A DNA stretch of 64,000 nucleotides from Candidatus Latescibacterota bacterium (GTDB lineage Bacteria; Latescibacterota; UBA2968; GCA-2709665). Below are positions 19,200-29,500 of the stretch, piece after piece. The position numbers and the translations under genes were made by a program. Location of the stretch: the NCBI GenBank assembly GCA_965219455.1, contig OZ244744.1, positions 5,056,001 through 5,120,000 of the forward strand, given 5' to 3'. Under the pieces are notes generated by a model that saw nothing but the letters and a program-made list of their open reading frames with translations, was not told the origin of the DNA and ran no database searches. The stretch's first letter is position 1, and the number at the start of each line of letters is the position of its first letter.

Positions 19200-20261
19200 G
19201 TGCCCAGATTCAAGCCCGATGTATTGCGGGAAGTGGGGTATACGCTTTTCAGGGCGGCGGGATGCCGCGAAGAGGACGCGCGGACGGTGGTGGACCATCT
19301 GGTGGATTCCAATCTGTACGGGCACGATTCCCACGGCGCCATCCGCTTTTACGAGTATGCGAAGGCGGTGCAGGACGGCCGGTTCAATCCGAATGCGTCT
19401 CCCGAGGTGGTGAGTGAACGCGCCTGCACAGCCGTCGTGGACGGCGGCGGGGCCATGGGGCAGGTCGGGGCGACGTTTGCCACCCGGCTGGCGATGGAGA
19501 AGGCCCGTCACAGCGGCATTGCTACCGTGGTCCTGCGAAATACGAGCCATATTGGACGGGTGGGCGCGTATCCGTTAATGGCCGCCAGGGCGGGGATGAT
19601 CGGGCAGATCTTCGTGAATGCGGGCAGGCTGGGATATCAGATTGCGCCATTCGGCGGCATTGACGGCCGGTTGAGTACGAATCCGATCGCATTCGCTGCG
19701 CCGCGGCGGGACGCGGATCCCATCCTCGTCGATATGACGACGTCCGTCGTTGCCGAAGGGAAGATCCGCCTGGCGATCAACCAGGGCGTCAAGGTGCCGG
19801 AAGGATGGCTGATCGACGGGTACGGTGAGCCCACAACAGAGCCGAACGACTTCAAGGACGATCCCCCTGGCGCCATTCTGCCGTTGGGGGGAGCAGCGGG
19901 TCATAAGGGATACGGGTTGAGCATCATGGTCGAGCTATTGGGCGGGGCGCTGAGCGGCCAGGGGTGCGCGGCGGGGGACCGGGAGATGATCAGCAACGGC
20001 GTGTTGATCAATGCCTACGATATCGAACACTTCACGGATATGGAGACGTTCTACGACGAGGTGGAGGGGCTGATGTGCCACGTGAAATCCAGCCGCCTCG
20101 CGCCGGGATTCAGTGAAATCCTCGCGCCGGGCGAACCGGAGTTCAGGACCGCCGAACGCCGCGCCACCGAGGGCATCGAGGTGGACGACCGGACATGGGA
20201 AATGGTCTGCGAAATCGGGGCCGAATTCGGGGTGGATCTGGCGGAAATGGGGGAGGGTTGA
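19200..20261 (+). CDS. Ldh_2 family oxidoreductase (malate/L-lactate, YbiC/AllD-like)
   Basis: GHDSHG, SHIGRVG, STNPIAF, DMTTS, LPLGG..GHKGYGL and PGEPE; AAGGAG before GTG 19200. Confidence 0.9.
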   Translation: MPRFKPDVLREVGYTLFRAAGCREEDARTVVDHLVDSNLYGHDSHGAIRFYEYAKAVQDGRFNPNASPEVVSERACTAVVDGGGAMGQVGATFATRLAMEKARHSGIATVVLRNTSHIGRVGAYPLMAARAGMIGQIFVNAGRLGYQIAPFGGIDGRLSTNPIAFAAPRRDADPILVDMTTSVVAEGKIRLAINQGVKVPEGWLIDGYGEPTTEPNDFKDDPPGAILPLGGAAGHKGYGLSIMVELLGGALSGQGCAAGDREMISNGVLINAYDIEHFTDMETFYDEVEGLMCHVKSSRLAPGFSEILAPGEPEFRTAERRATEGIEVDDRTWEMVCEIGAEFGVDLAEMGEG

Positions 20262-20412
20262 GTTCGTCTTGGGGCCGGCGTGGGCAAATATAAGCGGCGT
20301 TAACTGGTGCCCCGCGGTTGATGATCGCCCATATGCGGCCGGCTGATGATCGGTCTAATCGGGCCGCCTGGCAGCCCCGGTTTACGGATTTCCGAAAACT
20401 CGTGGGATGCAA

Positions 20413-20440
20413 TTGACTTTCCGCCCCGATCCCGTATCTT
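20413..20440 (+). promoter_or_regulatory. Candidate sigma70 promoter of the rpn gene
   Basis: TTGACT-16 bp-TATCTT. Confidence 0.4.
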
Positions 20441-20487
20441 GTTTACGCGGAGCCGTCCCTCTCCCCCAGGGCCCCGGAGCATCCTGA

Positions 20488-21417
20488 ATGGCGCAATTCG
20501 ATGCGGTTTCCAAACACCTGATTCAATCCTATCCCCACGACTTCGCTGGTTTCACCCTGGGACGGGACGACATTGAGGTTCTTGAAGTCATTGACACCGA
20601 GCAGCTCACGGTTTCGGCAAGCCACGCCGACAGCCTCATTCGCGTCCGCGTCGATGGCCTTGAGGTATTGGTCCACAGCGAATTTCAAACGACCGACAGT
20701 ACGAATCCGGACATGCCGCGACGCATGGCCGGTTATATCGGGCGGGCCATTGAACGTCATGGCGTGGCCGTCTACTCGAGCGTCATCTACCTGCGGCCCG
20801 ATGCGGGTAAACGGGATCCGGGTCAATATCTTCAGTCGCATCCCGTCCATCGGGTGCACGTGCAGTACAGGGTGATTCGGCTGAGTGAACTGCATGGTCA
20901 AGAGATTCTCGATGCAGGACACGCGGGGCTGATCGCCTTTGCTCCCTTGATGAGGCCGCCACAAGGGATGACTTCACGGGCATGGTTGCGCCACTGTATG
21001 CACACTGCTAATGCGCGGTCAATGGCAATGCCGGCAAGAGCCGATTACCTGGCCGGTATGTCGCTGCTGAGCGGGTTGGTGTACGCGCCGGAAACCATTT
21101 CTGATATTGTCTCGAAGGAGGGCATGATGGACCTCATACGCGAATCATCCTTTGCACAATACCTTACCCGACAGGGCATCGAGCAAGGCATCGAAAAAGG
21201 GATCGAGCGAGGGATCGAAAGAGGCGTTGAGCAAGGTCTCCGGGAGAGTATCCTCGCCGTACTGGAGACTCGATTCGGTCTTCCTGCGCCGCATCCTCTG
21301 GCTGCTCGCATTGAGACGATTGACAACGTCCAACGCCTTAAAGCGTTGCTTCGCACGGCGGTCCAGGTATCCAGTCCGGAGGAATTCGGACAATTGTTGG
21401 ATCGGGAACAGCCCTGA
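20488..21417 (+). CDS. Rpn/YhgA-like PD-(D/E)xK nuclease family protein
   Basis: HADSLI..LVHSEFQT..MPRRMAGY..SSVIYL; C-terminal GIEQGIEKGIERGIERGVEQG repeats and a helical tail. Confidence 0.8.
   Translation: MAQFDAVSKHLIQSYPHDFAGFTLGRDDIEVLEVIDTEQLTVSASHADSLIRVRVDGLEVLVHSEFQTTDSTNPDMPRRMAGYIGRAIERHGVAVYSSVIYLRPDAGKRDPGQYLQSHPVHRVHVQYRVIRLSELHGQEILDAGHAGLIAFAPLMRPPQGMTSRAWLRHCMHTANARSMAMPARADYLAGMSLLSGLVYAPETISDIVSKEGMMDLIRESSFAQYLTRQGIEQGIEKGIERGIERGVEQGLRESILAVLETRFGLPAPHPLAARIETIDNVQRLKALLRTAVQVSSPEEFGQLLDREQP
21127..21417 (+). CDS. Putative internally translated RpnS (in-frame C-terminal protein)
   Basis: AAGGAGGG at 21115-21122 immediately before in-frame ATGATG (21124/21127). Confidence 0.5.
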   Translation: MDLIRESSFAQYLTRQGIEQGIEKGIERGIERGVEQGLRESILAVLETRFGLPAPHPLAARIETIDNVQRLKALLRTAVQVSSPEEFGQLLDREQP

Positions 21418-21454
21418 TACCCATTCGCTGAATACCCTTCGCGGGGAATGCGAC

Positions 21455-21494
21455 AACAGGACAATGCACTATTGTAGTGTGTTGTCCTGTTTGA
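21455..21494 (+). terminator. 17-bp hairpin after rpn
   Basis: AACAGGACAATGCACTA-TTG-TAGTGTGTTGTCCTGTT; its two G:U pairs favour a + strand RNA; weak U tract. Confidence 0.5.
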
Positions 21495-21546
21495 ATTAGA
21501 TCAACTCAGGCGCTTCAGTCCGGACGTGGAGCAATCTGCCGATCTA

Positions 21547-22115
21547 CTGCGCCGCGTTCGCGGGATGGGCATCCCATTTTCGTTGTTACGACGACGTCTT
21601 GTCGCCGAGGACAAGATTCGCCTCGCGATCAACCAGGGAGTACAGGTGCTGGAAGGATGGCTTATTGACGGGAAGGGTCAGCCCACCACGGAACCGAACG
21701 ACTTCAAGGAGGATCCGCCGGGCGCCATATTGCCGCTGGGGGGTGACGCGGGTCACAAGGGATACGGGCTGAGCATTATGGTCGAGCTATTGGGCGGGGC
21801 GCTGAGCGGCCAGGGGTAGCGCGGCGGGGGACAGGGAGATGATCAGCAACGGCGTGTTGATCAATGCGTACGACATCGAACACTTCACGGATATGGAGAC
21901 GTTCTACGATGAAGTGGAAGGGTTGATGCGCCACGTGAAATCCAGCCGCCTCGCGCCGGGATTCGATGAAATCCTCGCCCCGGGCGAGCCGGAGTTCCGG
22001 ACGGCCGAACGCCGCGCAACGGAGGGCATCGAGGTGGACGACCGGACGTGGGAAATGGTCTGCGAAAATCGGAGCGGAATTCGGTGTGAACCTTGTGGGG
22101 GCGGTGGATGGGTGA
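21547..22115 (+). pseudogene. Ldh_2 3'-half copy 2 (5'-truncated, frameshifted)
   Basis: Aligns to about 19706-20261. A +1 insertion creates TAG (GGGGTAGC vs GGGGTGC) at about 21817, and there is an extra A at about 22067. Confidence 0.9.
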
Positions 22116-22855
22116 GTTAGCGTACATAAGATTTCAGGAAAACTTCGAGGACGTCAACCAAATTCCGAAATCATCGGGAGGTAGTCTTAAGCGTGCTTTT
22201 TTTGTGGTGGTGAATGGTAGTGAAAGTTCCTATTTGGATTCTCGTTTGGTAAATCATCGGGGTAGACGTTCGGAATTGAAAAAAATGGTTATACACAAGA
22301 GTGTCAGCAGGATATCCCGCAAGAATCCAGTTTATTGCTATCTACAAAACCGTAACACAAATTGGCCTTCCTGTTCAGCATACAACAAAACTCGCTTATT
22401 TGACGACTAGCGGTCGAGGCGAGCCACCTTGCGGATCTGAAAGTTACGTTTTGATTCTGACTAACCATAATTACACATATTTGGCTGATCTTCACTGGGA
22501 TTTGGCCGGAAGCACAACGGCGAATTGGTCCCGCACGTCGAAGATTGTTGAAGTCACCGGTTATAAACTTAGAAAAGACGTATTTGAACGACCGTAATGC
22601 CACCTTTCTCTCGGGTTTACTGAATTGTCGACTGCTTATATTGTCGAATTAACGCCAAGTACCGAGGGCGTTTGGAATCTCCGGTCTCGTCGCACACGAT
22701 CACCGTCATCGGGATAGTGTGATGCAACTTCAAGTCAGCGGTGGCATGCGAATACGTGTGTCAGGGTGTCGCGTACGAATCCCGTTGCGTCTATTGGCCG
22801 AATAACGTACATCGGAATTTGACGCGTTATCCTGCCAACCCGAAGGTTTGATTCT

Positions 22856-23761
22856 ATGCGGTTTTCCGTAGCTTTTCCGATGGTGAGTGTCGTTCAATCC
22901 GAGATCATTTTGCGAGTGGTCGCGGGTATTTACTTGATGATCAGGAGGATTCTTGTTATGCCGATGATGCGTAGGAAAAAGCGCCTGCTATTGGCGGCTC
23001 TTGTGATGTGGCTTGCGATTGAACCGTTGGATGTGCAATGCCAGGTACAAAAGGCTTTGGACGATTCGGCCACGATGGTATGGCTGAGTGGGTTGCTTGA
23101 AAAGGGCATTGCGGACGGAAAAGACTCGATTCTTGAGGATGAATACATTCGCAAAATGCTGATAGAAAGAGGCCGAAGTCCCATCGGAAAGAGGATGATA
23201 CAAATCGGACCACGAGAAATTCAAGTGGAGCGTTTCTTTTGGACAGTTTCAGCAATGAGGAATAGGTTTGCGAAGGAACCGAAAAGGAGCTTGCAGTGGA
23301 ACTTGATAATGACGGATCTGATTGTGATCGGACGGGTTTTGTCAGTCACTAGGGAAGAAAAACTGTGTGCATACGGAACCCAGGTGGCTATCGAAGTTGA
23401 CAGATACCTCAAGGGCACGGGACTCAATACGGTTTACGTAAAGCTCGTCCGAGGTAGAAAGGTTTCGGAGAGAAGCGTTATAGTCTCTTCTGGTGAACCC
23501 AAATTTGAGGTCGGGGAAGAGGTCCTCTTGCATCTGTCGGCAACGCCGATTGTCGGACACGATATGGCAGTCGTATATTCTATGTCGAACTGTACGGGCT
23601 TTTTTTACGTGACGAATACTGGCGGCGATTACTATGAGGTCGCGGGAGTAGACGACGCCAAGCGAACCATAGTTGACGGCAAGTTGAAATGGCGAGGAAA
23701 GACGTGCACCTTAGAGGAAGTTGAATCGAGCATTCTGACGGATCTCCAAACCACGTTCTAA
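22856..23761 (+). CDS. Hypothetical exported protein with an NTR/TIMP-like OB-fold pattern
   Basis: RRKKRLLLAALVMW signal (true start probably near 22957-22966); DLIVIGRVLSV..VDRYLKG..GEPKFEVGEEVLLHL; AT-richer. Confidence 0.55.
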   Translation: MRFSVAFPMVSVVQSEIILRVVAGIYLMIRRILVMPMMRRKKRLLLAALVMWLAIEPLDVQCQVQKALDDSATMVWLSGLLEKGIADGKDSILEDEYIRKMLIERGRSPIGKRMIQIGPREIQVERFFWTVSAMRNRFAKEPKRSLQWNLIMTDLIVIGRVLSVTREEKLCAYGTQVAIEVDRYLKGTGLNTVYVKLVRGRKVSERSVIVSSGEPKFEVGEEVLLHLSATPIVGHDMAVVYSMSNCTGFFYVTNTGGDYYEVAGVDDAKRTIVDGKLKWRGKTCTLEEVESSILTDLQTTF

Positions 23762-23796
23762 TTGCATTCTCCCTGACACAAGAAAGGGCTGCGCCC

Positions 23797-24090
23797 ATGT
23801 TCGTCGACGGGTTTATACGAAGGCATGGAATTGTACACAAAGCGGCTTTCGCCATCATCGTAATCGGTCTAACCGTTGGGCGACTACACGCTGGTCAGAT
23901 AGAAATCGGTCCTAATGATTCATGGGCATTTAGTCCACCTTCCCTCTGTGCCTATATTAAAGAGACAGCGGTCCCCGGTAAATTAGTGAGCAATCGAGAG
24001 GGCAAAGGAGCAGCAGACCATGTTGGATACAGCAGCAAAGACGCCGATGCCTCTTGCACTACATCCGCCAAAGCTTCTACGAGAACTTGA
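23797..24090 (+). CDS. Short hypothetical secreted protein or truncated gene
   Basis: Hydrophobic stretch ending in LHA; co-oriented 35 bp after the previous gene. Confidence 0.3.
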   Translation: MFVDGFIRRHGIVHKAAFAIIVIGLTVGRLHAGQIEIGPNDSWAFSPPSLCAYIKETAVPGKLVSNREGKGAADHVGYSSKDADASCTTSAKASTRT

Positions 24091-24114
24091 ACCTTGCAGT
24101 TGAGCATGTCTTTA

Positions 24115-24681
24115 TTACTCACTAGTTGAACCCCTTCCTGACACCCACTGCATATCTACCTCTCTCGCCATCTTAGCTATATACTTTGTGCTTCCCTTTA
24201 TCTTGAAATTGAACGTCCACGCGCGTTCTAAAAGTGGGGATTGAACTCTAATCAACATCTGTTTTCTGTTACTGTTCATTAACCCACTCATGATCGAAGA
24301 AACGTGCTCAATGGGAGATACCAACCCATAAATTCCACCAAGCTCCGTGTAGTGAATTGGCCAATTGGGAAGGCGTAGGGTCTTCGAGCTATCAAATCGA
24401 ATCATCACGTTGGCTTTTGATTCTAAATCATTCCTCAAAGGGTCTATATTCGGCTCCCAGAAGAATATCATTATATTTCCTTGTTTGCCATCTGATGATA
24501 TCAAAAAAACTCCTTTGTTTTTAGTTTCATCAAGCGATTTGCCCGTTGTGGATATGATGATCCTTTGGGCGTCCGTGACTGGATTTTTTTTCCTTTCTAT
24601 ACTCCACCCTCCACCAAAGGGCCATCCCTCCCCCGTACTTGTCCATAACAACAGCACAAGTGCTGTAATTGCCGTCCTCAT
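24115..24681 (-). CDS. Hypothetical secreted protein (VasI/TagO-like pattern)
   Basis: Signal peptide, WSIERKKNPVTD, VMIRFD, WTFNFKIKG; low GC. Confidence 0.6.
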   Translation of the reverse strand: MRTAITALVLLLWTSTGEGWPFGGGWSIERKKNPVTDAQRIIISTTGKSLDETKNKGVFLISSDGKQGNIMIFFWEPNIDPLRNDLESKANVMIRFDSSKTLRLPNWPIHYTELGGIYGLVSPIEHVSSIMSGLMNSNRKQMLIRVQSPLLERAWTFNFKIKGSTKYIAKMAREVDMQWVSGRGSTSE

Positions 24682-24870
24682 GCTTTATCCTTTGCAATGC
24701 GGTGACGATTTGGGCGTCCTGAGGAGGATTGAAGGTCACTTGAAAGATTATCATCCAAAACGTTTGTCATCCTCCTTTTTCCCGTCTAACTACAGAAAAG
24801 CCAGGCATTTGTCAAGCCTTTTGTAGTTATCTTTGTAATTCCAAAACGAAAGGCCACGTAAAGTGAGACG

Positions 24871-25215
24871 GGTCAAGTCCTTAATTTTCTGAAAAATCGT
24901 CTATCAGAGGAAGGGCCATTTGTCAATCGGCACCTTGGGTCGAGCCCCGGTGTAGAATTGGACGCTTCCAACGTGCTCATATCGAGGTACCGCCTGCTGG
25001 TGAGGCACTCCTCGGACTGCTCCATTGACAAGGCCCCGATCAACCTGAGACAGGAGGCATCATTGGGGAAGATGCGTGCCACCCGGCTTCTTCTTTTGAT
25101 CTCTTCGCGAAAGCGCTCCAAGCCATTGGTGGTACGAATTCTCTTTCGGTAATCCTTGGGAAAGGAAAAGCAGGTGAGCGTCTGTTCGATCTCTTCAACC
25201 GTGCAGGCCACGTCC
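24871..25215 (-). mobile_element. IS256-family transposase 3' remnant with right end
   Basis: FSFPKDYRKRIRTTNGLERFREEIKRRSRVARIFPNDASCLRL (Mutator-type C-terminus); terminal TTTCAGAAAATTAAGGACTTGACC. Confidence 0.85.
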
Positions 25216-25331
25216 TGCGACCCGAAGGGCGTCTTAAGCTGCGCCTGCAACCGACCAAACAGACCGAAAAACAGTACCGAAGAATCTACACCATCGCGCG
25301 AAACTCCGCCTGACTTTTTTCGAATCAACGT

Positions 25332-26537
25332 CTATTCCCGCTCCTCGCGCTGGTCTAAAATGTCGTGCGAGAGGTTGCTCGCCAGTTCGTTCTCCGCAAG
25401 TTGGATACGATCCGCTTTTTCTCCAATGAGGATGCCGATTCGTTGCTTGCCTTTCGGCGAATTGCCGATGCGGTTGTTGACAAAGGTCAGGTCGCGGGTT
25501 TCTCCCAGGATGCGGATGCCACAGCCATCGGCTCCGGTTCCGTTGTCCAGTATGTCGTTCTCCTCGAAGTAATTCCGATGCCCAGCCATCGCATCGGATT
25601 CGTCGCGGAAGAGGACGCCCTCGTTTCCGTTTCCGATGGCGCGGTTATTCAGAAACGTGTTGTCGGTGTCCTTGTGGCCGATGGAGATGCCGGTCTCGCC
25701 GTTGTCAATGAGGGCGTTGTTTTCAAAACGCCCGTTTCTGACCCGCCAGCAGAGAAATAGGCCGATACGCCCGTTCCCTGCTGCCCGGCAGTTTCGTATC
25801 GTGGGCGACCCGCTGCCGCTGCCGGGGTGAAGGCCCAGGTGGGTATTCCCGTTGCAGGCGCAGTCTTCCACCGACACTTCGTTGCTTTGCTGGAAGCTGA
25901 TCCCGTCGCCGTTGAAGTCTTCAACCGTGCAGCGGGTCATTCGTGTGCCGTGGCTCCGATACAGGAAAATGCCGGCGCCCCTGCATCCGTTGAGGTAGGC
26001 GTTGTTTTCTTTGTTGCCCTGAATCGTCAGATCTTCGATCCCCGCGCCCTCGACGCCATACCCGCTGATGATCGGAAAGGTGGTTGCCGCGCGGGCGTTT
26101 CGCGAAACGAGATAGTCGCCCAGCATGGGTCTATCCGTGCCGAACGTGTTGCCTTCTGCCCATATCAATGTGCAGACAACGGTGTGGAATCCGCCCGAGT
26201 TGTCGTCCGTTACGCTCACGCCGTATCCGGTCGTGAAGCCCGAAGGGTCGGCAACGGTGATCTGTTCCTCGCCGTAATCGCCATCCAGCGTGAGCGGGCT
26301 CTCAACGGCATCCGCTTTGAGGAGAACGGACTCCGGCCCCTGTCCACGGACGGTGACGTGGTCCCTCAGGTGCAGCGAGTCCCGCATCGTGTAGGTCCCC
26401 GGACCGATTTCCACGGTCCCGCCTCCGAGGCCCGCGATATAATCCACGGCAGCCTGGAGTGCCGTGTTATTGCAGCCGACGATATCTGCCCCGGAGTGAC
26501 CTACAGTGACGGTGGGGGTGCTTCGATTGGAGGTCAT
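25332..26537 (-). CDS. Right-handed parallel beta-helix (pectate lyase-like) protein, paralog 1
   Basis: NTALQAAVD..GGGTVEIGPGTY followed by repeated N/G-rich coils; no signal peptide. Confidence 0.85.
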   Translation of the reverse strand: MTSNRSTPTVTVGHSGADIVGCNNTALQAAVDYIAGLGGGTVEIGPGTYTMRDSLHLRDHVTVRGQGPESVLLKADAVESPLTLDGDYGEEQITVADPSGFTTGYGVSVTDDNSGGFHTVVCTLIWAEGNTFGTDRPMLGDYLVSRNARAATTFPIISGYGVEGAGIEDLTIQGNKENNAYLNGCRGAGIFLYRSHGTRMTRCTVEDFNGDGISFQQSNEVSVEDCACNGNTHLGLHPGSGSGSPTIRNCRAAGNGRIGLFLCWRVRNGRFENNALIDNGETGISIGHKDTDNTFLNNRAIGNGNEGVLFRDESDAMAGHRNYFEENDILDNGTGADGCGIRILGETRDLTFVNNRIGNSPKGKQRIGILIGEKADRIQLAENELASNLSHDILDQREERE

Positions 26538-26559
26538 GGTGATTCCTCAGTTGTTTGGG

Positions 26560-29500
26560 CTATGAGCCGCGCGATCCGAAAGCACCTGCGAATATCAGAA
26601 AATCCGAAAATCCCACGCTACCGTTTCCGTCCAGATCATATCGCGTTTCGAATCCGTCGTCGTCCTTACTCAGACCGAACTTTGCCGCGAACTTGACGAA
26701 GTCCGAAAAGCCAACCTCGCCATCGAAGTCGAAGTCCGGATTTGCCTGGGCGTTGGCGGTAAAAACCGCCGGCTTGAGATCGGCTACCGTTGCCACGACG
26801 GTGTTCGTCCCCGGCTGGCTCCCCAGCGTCAGGGTCGTCGCGGCACGTCCGTTGGCATCGGTGGTGTCTGTGGTTACAGACAGCGTCCCGCCACCGGCGG
26901 TAACGGCAAAAGTGACCGTGGCGCCGGCATACGGTTCTCCATTCTGGTCCTGCAGAGAGACGACAAACGGCTTGGCCAACGCCGTCCCGGCCGGAGCTTT
27001 CTGCTCAAGCCCGGAGACCTCCTTCAGGATATTTGGCCGGGATTGAACGCGATGCATGTCCCATATCAGCATGGTGCCATCATCAGAGCCGGAAACCAAC
27101 GTGGTTCCGTCAGGCGAGAAAAGGACAGAATGCACCAGAGCAGTATGACCCTCCAAAGTGCCAATCTCTTCTCGATCAGCCACATCCCACAGCTTGACAG
27201 TGCGATCCTGAGATCCGGAAGCCAAAGTAGCACCATCGGGCGAAAACACCACAGAGGTGACCGAAGCGCTATGCCCTTTCAGTGTGGCAACCGCTTTGCC
27301 GGTTTCCGTATCCCACAGCTTTATCGTCTTATCGTATGATCCAGACGCCAGGATCTTCCCATCGTGCGAAAAATTAACAGACCTGACCCAATGCGTGTGA
27401 CCCTCCATTGTGACTGCTTCATCGCGGGTTTCCGTATCCCACAGCTTTATCGTTTTGTCGAATGATCCCGAAGCCAGAGTGGTCCCATCAGGCGAAAATA
27501 CCACAGTATCGACTCTATGCGCGTGCCCCTGCAACGTGGCGATTACTTCCAGGGTCGCCACGTCCCATAGTTTAACCTCATGTACCCACACCCCCGAAGC
27601 CAGAGTTGTACCATCGGGTGAAAACACCACAGAAGAAACACTAAAACCATGCCCTTCCAGAGTTGCGATTTCTTCTCGGGTCTCGGTATCCCAAAGTCTT
27701 ATCGTGCCATTGTATGATCCGGAAGCCAGAGTGGTACCATCGGGAGAAAACACCACAGAACTGACCCAACAACGGGTTTGCCCCTTCAGTGTGGTGATCT
27801 TTTTCCGGGTTGCCACATCCCATAACTGGATCGCGCCATACCCTGATCCCGAAGCCAGGGTGGTCCCGTCAGGTGATAACCCTAACGAGCGGACGCTCGA
27901 ATGCCCGGTGAACCCGACGGCATTCCTCGTCTCTACATCCCATAGCAGTACCACACCGTCCTGTGACCCTGAAACGAGGGTAGACCCATTGGCCGAAAAT
28001 ACCACCGAATCGACCCTATATCTGTGCCCCACCAGGGTGTCGATCTCTTCGCGACTCGCCACGTTCCACAGCTGAATTGCACCATCTACAGATCCGGAAG
28101 CCAGAGTGGTCCCGTCGGGCGAAAACACCACAGAACTGCCCCAACCCCGATGCGTGTACCCCTCCAGTGTGCCGATCCTTTCTCGGGCGGCCACGTCCCA
28201 CAGCACGATCGGGCCATATTCCGTCGCGGAAGCCAGGATGGAACCGTCAGGCGAAAACGCCACCGACACAACAAGAGGACGTTGCTGTCGCAGAGTGCCA
28301 ATCTCGTTTCGGGTCTCCATATCCCAAAGCTTGATCGTTTGGTCGAATGATCCCGAAGCCAGGGTGATGCCGTCGGGCGAAAACGCCAAAGAATTGACCC
28401 CAAGTGTATGCCCTTCCAGAGTGGCGATCTTTTCACGGGACGTCACATCCCACAGGACGATTGAGGGATCTTCTGACGCCGATGCCAGGATGGCGCCGTC
28501 GGGCGAAAACGCCACTGCATTGACTCGATACCGGGTGCTCCCTTCCAGTTTGGCAATCCGCGTGCCCGAATCGACCTCCCATAACTCGATACTGCCATTG
28601 ACCAACCCCAAAGCGAGCGTTGCACCCCCTGGGGAATACGACACCGAGTAGACCGAACTCGCACTCGGAAGCAGTGTCAGGACACTGGTCGCCGCTACCT
28701 CGTACAGCCACACCCCGATGCCACTGGCAACGGCGAGATATTTCCCGTCAGGCGAAAGTGCCACCGCCCGGTCGCTTGCACCAATGGCTCCCTTTCCAAG
28801 GCGGACAATCGCACCGTCGGGCAGATGCTGCGTCCGGTGATCCTCCCCCCCTACGGTTACGGCGGCTTCTACTCCCTCCACTTGAAACACGACTGAATCG
28901 CGCAGACCGATGGATACTCTCACGGTGTTCGTGCCCGGACGGGGACCCAGAGTAAGTGCCCGCTCGGCCCGGCCATTGACATCCGTCTTAGTGTGCTCAA
29001 TCGTGAACCTTCCGCTGAGCTTTCCCCCGCCAGCGGTTACCGTGAACGTGACGGACGCATCGGGCAGGAGATTTTCGTACTGATCTCGCACTTCGACGAT
29101 CAAGGGATCGGCCAGCGCCGCTCCGGGCTGACCATGCTGGTCATCGCCGGAGATGATTTTTAGCCCGGAAGGAAGTGGCCGCATCCATTTGGAGGTATCC
29201 CATAAACGCACCGTGCCATCTCTTGCCCCGGAAGCCAAAATAGCGCCGACGGGAGAAAACGACACAGAAAGGACCGAAGACACTTGCGCGAAATCCTCAA
29301 TCTTTTCTCTCGTCAACACGTCCCACAGTTTGACCGTCCCATACGATGTCCCCAAAGCCAGAGTGGCGCCGTCGGGCGAAAACACCACAGAACTGACCGC
29401 TTCCCACACTTTCACGGCAGCGATTTCTTCACGTGACGCCACATCCCACAGCTTGACCGTGCGATCCTGAGAACCTGAAGCCAAAGTGGCGCCATCGGGC

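Noticed and set aside
24843-24854. 12-bp match AAAACGAAAGGC with 36733-36744
   Set aside because: Does not extend; a 12-mer match is expected by chance in 64 kb.
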